Notes: generated from the sequence alone by a model not told the origin. A DNA stretch of 32,000 nt from Ruminococcus albus 7 = DSM 20455 (GCF_000179635.2 NC_014833.1:3330001-3362000), one strand, 5' to 3'; numbered from the stretch's first letter, positions 18,461 to 27,530 are shown. Numbers and translations are program-made.

Positions 18461-19189
18461 ATGAGTGATCTGAAATATTACGGTATGATCTCAGCGCTGA
18501 AAGCTATGGCGCTGACAGTGGCAGTGACACTTGCCTGCGGTGCGTTCGCATCCTGCGGCAGCACAGACACTGATAATGGCGCTAAGGCATCTGACAGAAA
18601 GGATGCTTCGGTACAGACTATCGACAGCAGCGCTGACACAGTCACTACAGGTGACGAGGATATCTCGGAGAACAGCTTTGTTATAACCCTGCGTGAGGAC
18701 AAAGCACCTATCACCTGCAAGAATTTTAAAAAGCTGGTAAACAGCGGTTTCTATGACGGACTGACATTCCATAGGGTGATCGACGGGTTCATGGCACAGG
18801 GCGGTGACCCCGAGGGCAACGGTACAGGCGGCTCGGGTGAGAACATCAAGGGCGAGTTTGACAGCAACGGTGTTGAAAACGACCTGAAGCACGTAAGAGG
18901 AACGGTATCCATGGCGAGATCACAGGATCCCGACAGCGCTTCGAGCCAGTTCTTTATCTGCTATGATGACTGCGCTGCACTTGACGGTGATTATGCTGCA
19001 TTCGGACAGGTGACGGAGGGCATGGAGGTAGTTGACAGGTTCCTGAACGTTGAAAGGACTATGGGACAGGATGGACAGATATCTTCTCCCGTAACACCCA
19101 TAACCATAACCGATGCGGAAATGCTATCTTCAGATGCTGACGGTCATGACAGAGCGATATTTACTGTGGAATTTTCAGAGGAGCAGTAA
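18461..19189 (+). CDS. Cyclophilin-type peptidyl-prolyl isomerase lipoprotein (one PPIase domain)
   Basis: Signal peptide with lipobox AFASC, then a Ser/Asp/Thr-rich linker. The cyclophilin core has [22 protein letters not shown] and SQFFI. The ATG at 18461 has the RBS GGAAGGGA. Confidence 0.9.
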   Translation: MSDLKYYGMISALKAMALTVAVTLACGAFASCGSTDTDNGAKASDRKDASVQTIDSSADTVTTGDEDISENSFVITLREDKAPITCKNFKKLVNSGFYDGLTFHRVIDGFMAQGGDPEGNGTGGSGENIKGEFDSNGVENDLKHVRGTVSMARSQDPDSASSQFFICYDDCAALDGDYAAFGQVTEGMEVVDRFLNVERTMGQDGQISSPVTPITITDAEMLSSDADGHDRAIFTVEFSEEQ

Positions 19190-19219
19190 AGGGATACGTA
19201 AAACTTGATAAGAAAGGAA

Positions 19220-20467
19220 ATGAATGATTTGAAAAATAACAGGATCAGAAAAGCGCTGAAAGTAATGGCGCTGACATTGGCTATGACACTGACCTGCGGT
19301 GCGTTCGCATCCTGCGGGAACACAGACAAGAAGAATGACTCGAAGGCAGCTGACAAAAAGGATGCTGCGGCACAGACAGATGATAAGGGCGGTGACGCAG
19401 TTACTTCCGGCGATGAGGATGCTTCGGAGGACAGCTTTGTGATAACCCTGCGTGAGGACAAGGCACCCATAAGCTGTGAGAATTTTGAAAAGCTGGTAAG
19501 CAGCGGTTTCTATGACGGAGTTACCTTCCACAGAGTAGTGGCAGGTTTCATGGCACAGGGCGGCGACCCTGAGGGCACAGGTGCAGGCGGCTCGGGTGAG
19601 AACATCAAGGGCGAGTTCAGCGCGAATGGTGTCGAGAATGACCTGAAGCATCAGAGAGGCACCGTATCCATGGCGAGATCACAGGACAACGACAGTGCTT
19701 CAAGCCAGTTCTTTATCTGCTATGATGACTGCGATTTCCTTGACGGCAACTATGCGGCATTCGGTGAAGTATCACAGGGCATGGAGGTAGTTGACAAGTT
19801 CCTCAACTGCGACAGACAGATGAATCAGAACTATGAGCTGGCTGAGCCCGTAAAGCCCATTACAATAACCAAGGCTGAGATGATAGATCCCGATACCGAC
19901 GGCCATAAGAGAGCGAAGTTCACAGTAAACTTCACAGAGAGAGAGTTCAAGGAAGGCGAGTTCACCATAACTCTCCGCGCTGACAAGGCTCCCATAACCT
20001 GTGAGAACTTTAAAAAGCTGGTAAAGGAAGGCTTCTATGACGGACTGACATTCCACCGCGTCGTTGATGACTTCATGGCACAGGGCGGAGATCCTGAGGG
20101 AACAGGCATGGGCGGTTCTTCTGAGACTATCAAGGGCGAGTTCAGCGAGAACGGTGTTGAGAATGATCTCAAGCACGTAAGAGGCACAGTATCCATGGCA
20201 AGATCAAGCGATCCTGACAGCGCTTCAAGCCAGTTCTTCATCTGCTTTACCGACTGCGCTTTCCTTGACGGACAGTATGCGGCTTTCGGTGAAGTAAGTG
20301 AGGGCATGGAAGTTGTTGACGGCTTCACTACCGTATCACGCGGTTACTCACAGTCTTCAAACCCTGAGCTTTCCGCACCCGGAACACCTATCACCATAAT
20401 CAAGGCTGAAATGGCTGATCCTGATGCTGACGGAAATGACAGAGTAAAATTCACAGTTAAATACTGA
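19220..20467 (+). CDS. Cyclophilin-type PPIase lipoprotein with two tandem PPIase domains
   Basis: The signal peptide and lipobox are nearly identical to the preceding gene. Two complete cyclophilin cores follow ([15 protein letters not shown] ... SQFFICY and [15 protein letters not shown] ... SQFFICF). The ATG at 19220 has the RBS AAAGGAA. Confidence 0.9.
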   Translation: MNDLKNNRIRKALKVMALTLAMTLTCGAFASCGNTDKKNDSKAADKKDAAAQTDDKGGDAVTSGDEDASEDSFVITLREDKAPISCENFEKLVSSGFYDGVTFHRVVAGFMAQGGDPEGTGAGGSGENIKGEFSANGVENDLKHQRGTVSMARSQDNDSASSQFFICYDDCDFLDGNYAAFGEVSQGMEVVDKFLNCDRQMNQNYELAEPVKPITITKAEMIDPDTDGHKRAKFTVNFTEREFKEGEFTITLRADKAPITCENFKKLVKEGFYDGLTFHRVVDDFMAQGGDPEGTGMGGSSETIKGEFSENGVENDLKHVRGTVSMARSSDPDSASSQFFICFTDCAFLDGQYAAFGEVSEGMEVVDGFTTVSRGYSQSSNPELSAPGTPITIIKAEMADPDADGNDRVKFTVKY

Positions 20468-20472
20468 TACAA

Positions 20473-20507
20473 AAAGGCACTCCCGGAAATATCGGGAGTG
20501 CCTTTTT
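20473..20507. terminator. Bidirectional Rho-independent terminator between convergent genes
   Basis: AAAAA-GGCACTCCCG-GAAATAT-CGGGAGTGCC-TTTTT: a perfect 10-bp GC-rich stem with A and T tracts on both sides. Confidence 0.85.
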
Positions 20508-20527
20508 CGGTAATGATCGTATAATTA

Positions 20528-22456
20528 TCAGGAGATAGACTTTTTGCCTTTGATGTGAGCAGCTATCCTTGAGATATCCGAAACGGTAACAGAACCGTCG
20601 CCGTTAACATCTGCGCGTGCAGCTTCTTCTGCTGACAGAGTCTTTTTGCCCTTTACAAGTGCCGCTGCCTTGGAGAGGTCGGTAACGGTTATGCTGCCGT
20701 CGCCGTTGACATCGCCGCGGAGGCCGTTATGATCGGATGTACTTGTGATGTACTTGATAGTGACATTTTTACCGGGCATGAAAAAGCTTGTTTCGATGTC
20801 TTTTGGGTCTACGAAGGTGACACCTGAGGCAGCGCTGTTCCAGCTGACAAATTCTCCGCGTTCACCGAGGTAGTATACATAGAATTCATCGCCTTCTTCG
20901 GCGGTGCGTGACAATGAGGATATTGTCATATTGTAGAGATATACGTTCTTGTCGGCTGTCACGGTGTAGATCTTCTTGGTAGTTGGTATAACACTGAATG
21001 AGTAGCTGCTTATGCCTATGTTGTTGCTGTATTTCGCACTGATCTCGTATACATTTACGTCTTTGCCGTCAAGCTCGATCGAGGTTGAAGCGGGGTCAAG
21101 TTCCTTTACGAATTCATCGTCTGCATAGAGTGCAAGGTATATAGGCTTGAAGTTTGTTTTCCACTCTACCTTCAGCTTCTTGCCGTCAGCAACGTATCCG
21201 CCGACGGGCTGTACAGTGAATTCGGGTGCGACACAATTGAATACCGAGCTTTCGATATAATCCTGATCACCTGATCCGTAGTATGTCCTTACCCTGTAAT
21301 AGCCGGATCCGTAATCAGACATGAACTCTTCGGCACCGATGAAGTTCTGTGTGGGTTCATCAAGAGGTGTATACATACAGCTTTCAAATATTATTTCGGT
21401 CATGACGGGGGCAAAGTCAACTTCCCAAGTAAGATCGGACAATTGGTTATTTGTTACGTCGATATCATTCGGCTGCTTGGTGAAGTGATAGTTTGTGTTT
21501 GCCCTGACTAAACGGAAGGGGGAAGAATCCACATAGCCCTCATAGCCGTAATCGTTTGTATAGTAGGCTCTCATGAAAAGATCCTGACCGATGTACTCAT
21601 CGGATATAGTTGCAACAGGTGCCCAGGTCAGATAATCGTTTGCCGGGCTTGCATAGACCACTTTATCGCCGCAGAATACCTTGATCTTATTGCAGCTGAA
21701 AGACAGCATACCGCAAACCTTGGCTTCATGCTCGTTTTCGGGTATGACGGTGTTGAATACAGAATCTACAAACTCGTAATCATAAGCCATTGATACGTAG
21801 GTTGAAGCGCTGACATAGTCATTTTCGCCGGAGCCGTAGTACATACGCACAAGTACGTTCAAGTCCGCATCGTTTTCTGTCATGGTGACACTGGCGGTAT
21901 TTCCGCTGACGTTGCAGCTGCGGTCGAATTCACCGTCTACGTATACATCAGCGTGGAGCGGAGTGAAGCCTGCGGTGTATGTGGCTGTTGCTGTTTTGTT
22001 CTGACCGGAGAGGACTACCCATTCGGAGTAATTTATGAGCCTGTATGCCATAACATGGAATATCTCGGTATCGACATACCCTGTTTCGGAGTAGTACACC
22101 CTCAGTTTAAGATCTCTGCCTGCAAGGGATAGAGGTATATTTGCATTTACGATGTTGGGGTCTTCGGTATTAACGGGCAGCTCGGAGAGAACTTCTCCGT
22201 CACTCTCAATGAGCTCAGCCTTGATATAATCAAAGGATACGGCAGCTGTTGCCAGACCTGTCTCGGAATGATCTTCGATTATAACATCAATGGGCTGCAC
22301 GATGACGGTGTTGGAGACCGACAATACTGTTTTGGGAGACCCGGCAGATGCAGCGCTAGCTGTGAATGCCGTTGAAGGCAGCAGGGTCATCGTCATGGCT
22401 GCTGACATTGCTATGCTGATTACGCGGTTTGTGATCGGTTTTTTGTTTGATTGCAT
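20528..22456 (-). CDS. Secreted dockerin-containing protein with repeated domains of unknown function
   Basis: 642 aa with a signal peptide. There are about five ~90-aa repeats, each ending in a Tyr-rich strand (RVYYSETGYVD, RMYYGSGENDYV, RAYYTNDYGYEGYVD, RTYYGSGDQDYI, AKYSNNIGISSY). The C-terminus carries a duplicated dockerin calcium-binding motif (GDVNGDGSITVTDL ... ADVNGDGSVTVSDI). AAGGAGG RBS. Confidence 0.85.
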   Translation of the reverse strand: MQSNKKPITNRVISIAMSAAMTMTLLPSTAFTASAASAGSPKTVLSVSNTVIVQPIDVIIEDHSETGLATAAVSFDYIKAELIESDGEVLSELPVNTEDPNIVNANIPLSLAGRDLKLRVYYSETGYVDTEIFHVMAYRLINYSEWVVLSGQNKTATATYTAGFTPLHADVYVDGEFDRSCNVSGNTASVTMTENDADLNVLVRMYYGSGENDYVSASTYVSMAYDYEFVDSVFNTVIPENEHEAKVCGMLSFSCNKIKVFCGDKVVYASPANDYLTWAPVATISDEYIGQDLFMRAYYTNDYGYEGYVDSSPFRLVRANTNYHFTKQPNDIDVTNNQLSDLTWEVDFAPVMTEIIFESCMYTPLDEPTQNFIGAEEFMSDYGSGYYRVRTYYGSGDQDYIESSVFNCVAPEFTVQPVGGYVADGKKLKVEWKTNFKPIYLALYADDEFVKELDPASTSIELDGKDVNVYEISAKYSNNIGISSYSFSVIPTTKKIYTVTADKNVYLYNMTISSLSRTAEEGDEFYVYYLGERGEFVSWNSAASGVTFVDPKDIETSFFMPGKNVTIKYITSTSDHNGLRGDVNGDGSITVTDLSKAAALVKGKKTLSAEEAARADVNGDGSVTVSDISRIAAHIKGKKSIS

Positions 22457-22597
22457 TTTTCATACCTCCTTGAAAGTACATATTATTTGTATAAATATTA
22501 ATATTTAACGGAATTGTTTCAATTTCGTTACAACTTACGTTTAAAGTATAGCATGAAGAAGATGAAAAGTCAATGAAAGACAATTATTTAACAATGC

Positions 22598-22626
22598 TTG
22601 ACAAATTGTCTGCTATATGATATAAT
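22598..22626 (+). promoter_or_regulatory. Consensus sigma-A promoter upstream of typA
   Basis: TTGACA (22598-22603), a 17-nt spacer, then TATAAT (22621-22626). Confidence 0.65.
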
Positions 22627-22643
22627 ATATTATCTGAAAGTGA

Positions 22644-22669
22644 CCTTGCGCTGAGCGCAGGGTTATTTT
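22644..22669 (+). terminator. Terminator-like hairpin in the typA leader (possible attenuator or short RNA end)
   Basis: CCTTGCGC-TGA-GCGCAGGG followed by TTATTTT, about 10-35 nt after the predicted transcription start and about 150 nt before the typA ATG. Confidence 0.4.
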
Positions 22670-22816
22670 GCTGTTTGGGGCAGTTCGTTAAATTGCACTT
22701 TACATTGTGCTAAGAACAGTCCTGAATTATGAAAGTTAAGGGTAAATTAAAAAATTGGGAAAAAACAGGCAAACAATAAGCAATAAACTTCTGTAATGAA
22801 AATGGGAGGAAGAAAA

Positions 22817-24631
22817 ATGGTAAGAGAAGATCTGCGTAATGTGGCGATAATCGCCCACGTTGACCACGGCAAGACCACTCTGGTAGACCAGATGCTCAAG
22901 CAGAGCGGTACCTTCAGAGAGAATCAGGCTGTTGAGGAGAGAGTCATGGACTCCAACGATATCGAGCGTGAGAGAGGTATCACCATACTTGCGAAAAATA
23001 CATCTATCAAGTACAAGGACGTTAAGATAAACGTCATCGACACCCCCGGCCATGCTGACTTCGGCGGTGAGGTCGAGCGTGTACTGAAGATGGTAAACGG
23101 CGTTCTGCTGCTGGTAGATGCTGCTGAAGGTCCTATGCCCCAGACCCGTTTCGTTTTGCAGAAGGCTCTGGAGCTGGGTCATAAGATAATAATAGTTGTT
23201 AACAAGATAGACCGTCCCGATGCGCGTCTTAAAGAGGTAGTCGAGGAAGTTCTCGAACTTCTTCTCGACCTTGACGCTACCGATGAGCAGCTGGACAGCC
23301 CTGTACTGTTCTGCTCAGGCAGAGACGGTACTGCTTCGCTTACCATGGACGGCGGTACGGATATGATACCTCTGTTTGACATGATACTCAACTATGTACC
23401 TGCTCCCGAGGTCGAAGAAGAGGGCGGTATGCAGTATCTGGTATCCGCTATCGACTATAATGAGTACGTCGGACGTATAGCTATCGGACGTATAGAGCGC
23501 GGTGTGATGAAGGTAAATCAGGACGTAAGCATCGGTGATTTCCACAACACCAAGCAGGAATACCGCGGCAAGATAGTTACCATGTATCAGATAGAGGGTC
23601 TGAACAGAGTTCCCTGCAACGAGGCTAAAGCAGGTGATATCGTATGTATAAGCGGTATCGAGAACATCACTATCGGTGATACTATCTGTGAAGCCGGCAA
23701 GTTCGAGCCTCTGCCTTTCGTAAAGATAAGCGAGCCTACTGTCGAGATGACATTCTCGGTAAACAACTCGCCTTTTGCAGGCAGAGAGGGCAAGTTCGTT
23801 ACTACCCGTCACATCAGAGACAGACTTTTCAAGGAACTGCTGAAGGACGTATCCCTGAGAGTATCCGAGACTGATAATGCTGATACCTATCGTGTTGCAG
23901 GCAGAGGTGAGATGCATCTTTCCATACTCATCGAGAATATGAGAAGAGAGGGCTACGAGCTGGGCGTATCCACACCCCGTGTGCTGTACCGCGAGATAGA
24001 CGGCAAGCTGAACGAACCTATCGAGAGAGTTGTAATAGACGTTCCCGAGGACTGCGTTGGTTCTGTAATGGAGAAGCTGGGCAGCCGTAAGGGCGAGCTT
24101 CAGGCTATGAATCCTATCGGCAGCAGAATGAGACTTGAATTCCTTATCCCTGCAAGAGGACTTTTCGGCTACAAGAGCGAGTTCCTGACCGATACAAAGG
24201 GCGAGGGCATTATGAGCTCGGTATTTGAGGGTTACGAGCCTTACAAGGGCGATATCCCCAAGAGAGCACAGGGTTCACTGGTTGCATTTGAGACAGGCGA
24301 GGCTGTTACCTACGGTCTGTACAATGCACAGGAGAGAGGCGAGCTGTTCATAACAGCAGGTACTCAGGTATACGAGGGCATGGTAGTAGGCGCATCACCC
24401 AAGTCTGATGACCTGGTAGTAAATGTCTGCAAGAAGAAGCATCTGACCAACACCCGTGCAAGCGGTTCGGACGATGCTCTGCGTCTTATCCCTCCGAGAA
24501 ATATGTCCCTGGAGGATGCACTGGAATTCCTGGCTGATGACGAGCTGCTGGAAGTTACTCCCAAGAGCATACGTATCAGAAAGAGAACACTGAGCAATCA
24601 GCAGAGAGCTAAGGACAGGGCTAAGATGTAA
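22817..24631 (+). CDS. typA: Translational GTPase TypA/BipA
   Basis: Starts [27 protein letters not shown], with [14 protein letters not shown] and NKIDR G-motifs and EF-G-like domains. The length (~604 aa) fits BipA. I prefer the ATG at 22817, which has the RBS GGGAGGAAG, over the upstream ATG at 22796. Confidence 0.95.
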   Translation: MVREDLRNVAIIAHVDHGKTTLVDQMLKQSGTFRENQAVEERVMDSNDIERERGITILAKNTSIKYKDVKINVIDTPGHADFGGEVERVLKMVNGVLLLVDAAEGPMPQTRFVLQKALELGHKIIIVVNKIDRPDARLKEVVEEVLELLLDLDATDEQLDSPVLFCSGRDGTASLTMDGGTDMIPLFDMILNYVPAPEVEEEGGMQYLVSAIDYNEYVGRIAIGRIERGVMKVNQDVSIGDFHNTKQEYRGKIVTMYQIEGLNRVPCNEAKAGDIVCISGIENITIGDTICEAGKFEPLPFVKISEPTVEMTFSVNNSPFAGREGKFVTTRHIRDRLFKELLKDVSLRVSETDNADTYRVAGRGEMHLSILIENMRREGYELGVSTPRVLYREIDGKLNEPIERVVIDVPEDCVGSVMEKLGSRKGELQAMNPIGSRMRLEFLIPARGLFGYKSEFLTDTKGEGIMSSVFEGYEPYKGDIPKRAQGSLVAFETGEAVTYGLYNAQERGELFITAGTQVYEGMVVGASPKSDDLVVNVCKKKHLTNTRASGSDDALRLIPPRNMSLEDALEFLADDELLEVTPKSIRIRKRTLSNQQRAKDRAKM

Positions 24632-24693
24632 GCCTGATCCGGCATTATTGAAGTTTTATGCTGCATTGTTTGTAATACAGATCATTGGTATGG

Positions 24694-24722
24694 GCGGACA
24701 GCTTTCGGGCTGTCCGCTTTTT
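24694..24722 (+). terminator. Rho-independent terminator of typA
   Basis: GCGGACAGC-TTTCGG-GCTGTCCGC followed by TTTTT. Confidence 0.85.
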
Positions 24723-24805
24723 GCTGATGAAAAAACACCCCTGCGCGTAAGAACGGTACGCATAAAGAAGTACTATGGCGTTTCTATTGACAGTACAGAG
24801 ATGAT

Positions 24806-25763
24806 GTGCTACAATTGTTACTGACAAAAATCGGAGTTTATAGGCAGGTGCTTAGATTGGACGATAACATTATATCCAAATTATGCAAAAAGTGTTTTTC
24901 TGAAATTCCACAATCAATTGAACGATGTTCGGTAGGACAAGGCAACTATGTCTTTATTGTTCAATTAACTGATACAACGTATGTCATTCGGTGCAGTCCC
25001 GAAAAGAACGCTTACAATGATACAGTATATTGGTTGGAGAAATTGGCATTTATAGAAATACCTATCCCTAAAATCGTTGCCAAAGGCGTATTTGAAGATA
25101 CCGAATATATTACCCTTACATATTTTGAAGGAAAGGATATCGGACTTGTATATTCACTTCTTAGTGATGAGGATAAGAGGACTATTGCAAGTGAAATTGT
25201 GTGCATTCAGGAGCGTGTCGCAGCATTGGAATTAGAAGATATTCCTTCCGAATGGACATGGCACTCCGAAATTAATTATATGCTTGACCGAGCTGAAGAG
25301 CGTATTGCGGCAAACGAATATTTTGATATTGAAAAAGTAGATAGACTTCGCAAATCAGCAATAGCTTTAGATAAGTATTTTGACAGAATAGAGCCAATAG
25401 CATATTTAGATGATGTAAGCACTAAAAATCTATTGATACATGACGGGCATATATCCGGGATAGTTGATATAGATTGGATAGGCATCGGAGATAGGCTTAC
25501 TTATGTTGCACTAACAAACATTGCTCTCCTGAACATGGGATATGATACAGATTATGTAAAATATATTCTGAAAGAAATGAATTTGAGCAGTATTCAGAAA
25601 AAAAGCATTTTTGTTTTATTCACTTATGTACTGTGTTGATTTTATGGGCGAGCGCGGAATGCAGTTTACGGATAAGTATATAGAGGTAAACGAACAAATT
25701 ATTGACAGACTTAACAGTATCTATGACTTGCTTTGGAAAGAATTTGAGGAACACGGTCATTGA
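24806..25763 (+). pseudogene. Aminoglycoside/choline-kinase-like phosphotransferase (APH family), apparently frameshifted
   Basis: The frame-2 ORF has a kinase catalytic-loop-like DDVSTKNLLIH and the metal-binding GIVDIDW, and stops at 25637-25639. Frame 3 is open from about 25587 to the TGA at 25761-25763 (FLFYSLMYCVDFMGERGMQFTDKYIEVNEQIIDRLNSIYDLLWKEFEEHGH). The two frames join if one A is removed from the A7 run at 25598-25604. Confidence 0.55.
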
Positions 25764-25812
25764 AATATAGTGATAAATTCTGATTTAGCTTAGCAACATA
25801 AATATGCACAAT

Positions 25813-25842
25813 GCCCCTGAGTGCTTTGTAACACTCAGGGGC
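25813..25842. terminator. Hairpin between the convergent APH-like gene and spoVAC
   Basis: Perfect 11-bp stem GCCCCTGAGTG / CACTCAGGGGC. The flanking U-tracts are weak on both strands. Confidence 0.5.
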
Positions 25843-25941
25843 AAAACTTCTATATAGGTATCTGTCTTAGGGTGTTTATAAAGAAGTATATATTGTTTAT
25901 CGGTGGATCCCCCTACACACATTACACACCTGTGCGTGTTG

Positions 25942-26403
25942 TCATTTGAATATGCAGTAGAGGATGCCGTAAGCTATACTTGCCAGGGTACCGTAAAGGA
26001 TGACAGGTCCGCTTATGATAAAAATTTTCGCACCGATACCGGTGATAAAGCCCTCTGTGCGGAACTCAACAGCAGGTGCACATACGGAGTTAGCGAAGCC
26101 TGTAATAGGCACGAGGGTACCTGCACCTGCGTGTTTGGCGATCTTTTCGTAAAGCCCCAGACCTGTCAGCAGGGCTGAAATAAATATCAGGGTAATGGAT
26201 ACAGCCGAAGCACCAGCCTTTTCATCCAGTCCCAAAGCGCGGTACATTGAATCCAGCGCCTGACCGGCAGTGCATATCAGTCCCCCTATAACAAAGGCTT
26301 TCGGCACGTTTTTGTACCACTTGCTGCCGCGTGATGCGGCGGTATACATCTGCTTGTACTGTGCCTTGGTTATAGCAATTTTTCCGTTATTGCCCCTCAT
26401 GGT
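25942..26403 (-). CDS. spoVAC: SpoVAC/SpoVAEB-family sporulation membrane protein
   Basis: The core (AFVIGGLICTAGQ ... AGAGTLVPITGFANSV ... GPVILYG) matches stage V sporulation protein AC. I prefer the ATG at 26403 (MRGNNGK...), which has the RBS GAAGGAGG 7 nt upstream, over the tracked start at 26442. Confidence 0.8.
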   Translation of the reverse strand, partial: TMRGNNGKIAITKAQYKQMYTAASRGSKWYKNVPKAFVIGGLICTAGQALDSMYRALGLDEKAGASAVSITLIFISALLTGLGLYEKIAKHAGAGTLVPITGFANSVCAPAVEFRTEGFITGIGAKIFIISGPVILYGTLASIAYGILYCIFK

Positions 26404-26530
26404 ATGACCTCCTTCAGATCCGCAGCGAAATTTTTCGGACAAATGCCGCCCTTATCCACAGCAATATTCGCCCTATATCTATTATAAACAAACAATGTAC
26501 AGCTGCTTTATTTATTGTTACCGAGCAGCT

Positions 26531-27350
26531 CTTATTTATACATTTTTCTGTCCATTTATTAATGATCTTTGTCTATATGGGAATTATTTCCACCAAATTT
26601 TAAGCATTCTTGCTAATTCACCTATTAATAAAACGTTTCCATTGTTGTATTATACAATTTGAGTTAAATAGTTTAAACAATCGACCGCCGACCATTTTTA
26701 GCTCACGCTCTTATCATCACCGCAATTTTCAGTCATCCCCCGACGAAAACCATTACCGAAAATTTGCGTTCCGAATCTCATCATAAACCTTCGCTCCAAA
26801 AATTATATACAAAAAATGTACGTTTTATCACCCTCTCATGTCATAACAGAGGTTGTTTGTACTTGTTTTTTATCGTTTATTAATGAAGTATAAACTTCTT
26901 CCATATTTTTCCACTACTTTTTATCCTTCTTTGCTTAAACCATAGTTCAGAAAACGTTTTCGATGGCATTTCGCACAATCGCCCAAAATGCCCTTTTTGC
27001 CCCATTCCGACCTCTGAAATTTGTGTACAAAAATTGTATAGTCCTCTTCAAAAGTATTACCTCGCAAGCCTTATTTTATACAGATTTCTTCCTAATTATT
27101 AAAGGATTTTTACCTATTGTAAGATTTTTCCAGTAGTTTTTAAGCATTATTGCTAATTCATTCGTTCAGATAACCATTCTATTGACACAATCTACAATTC
27201 AAATTGTGAACACCACTTCACAATTTTCTCCGCCGATTAATTAACCGCTCGACGGGGAAATTACATCCAATGCACCAGGACTTCATATTTTCACTGCTCC
27301 ATTAATTGACACCTCCCGACCGTATCTTCACCATATCATATCCCCCTCTA
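26531..27350. repeat. Three degenerate tandem repeat units (about 320, 220 and 280 bp) in non-coding DNA
   Basis: Collinear anchors recur with fixed offsets of +321 and then +219 nt. TTATTAA is at 26556, 26877 and 27096. TTTCCA is at 26587, 26908 and 27127. AAACGTTT is at 26631 and 26952. TTTTAAGCATT(C/A)TTGCTAATTCA is at 26598-26620 and 27138-27160 (22 of 23 identical). Confidence 0.55.
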
Positions 27351-27501
27351 TATAATAGAAGCCACCGCGCACACAATACCAAAGTCACCCGTTTATCGCT
27401 TAAATGAACTGCCTTGTTGTGCAAAATATCCTACTTCGTGCAACAAAATGTCTTTTCGGTTGTGCAATCACACAAAACATTTTAAATCTTGCAATATTAT
27501 A

Positions 27502-27530
27502 TTGACAAATGATATTATACGTCGTATAAT
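27502..27530 (+). promoter_or_regulatory. Consensus sigma-A promoter of the padR operon
   Basis: TTGACA (27502-27507), a 17-nt spacer, then TATAAT (27525-27530), about 135 nt upstream of padR. Confidence 0.7.

Noticed and set aside
18431-19219. TTG start codons proposed by the ORF track for the two cyclophilin genes (18431 and 19205)
   Set aside because: The TTG at 18431 falls at the edge of the predicted -10 box. Both genes have in-frame ATGs (18461 and 19220) with better-placed purine-rich RBSs, and those starts give canonical lipoprotein signal peptides.
26452-26460. Perfect DnaA box TTATCCACA in the A+T-rich non-coding region (possible oriC)
   Set aside because: Only one consensus box is present. 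No cluster of boxes, no dnaA/dnaN/rpmH neighbourhood and no obvious DNA-unwinding-element 13-mers are visible. One 9-mer match in 32 kb on two strands is not improbable by chance.
26698-27005. Small minus-strand ORFs inside the repeat units (28 aa at 26698-26784; 41 aa at 26880-27005, with an AGAGGT RBS-like sequence)
   Set aside because: The peptides are not conserved between the homologous repeat units because stops and frames differ. They are unlikely to be the selected feature. I cannot exclude expression of the 41-aa ORF.
26531-27350. Tandem repeats considered as a CRISPR array or plasmid-type iterons
   Set aside because: The units are 220-320 bp long and strongly diverged. They are not 25-40-bp identical repeats with unique spacers, and no cas or rep genes are nearby.
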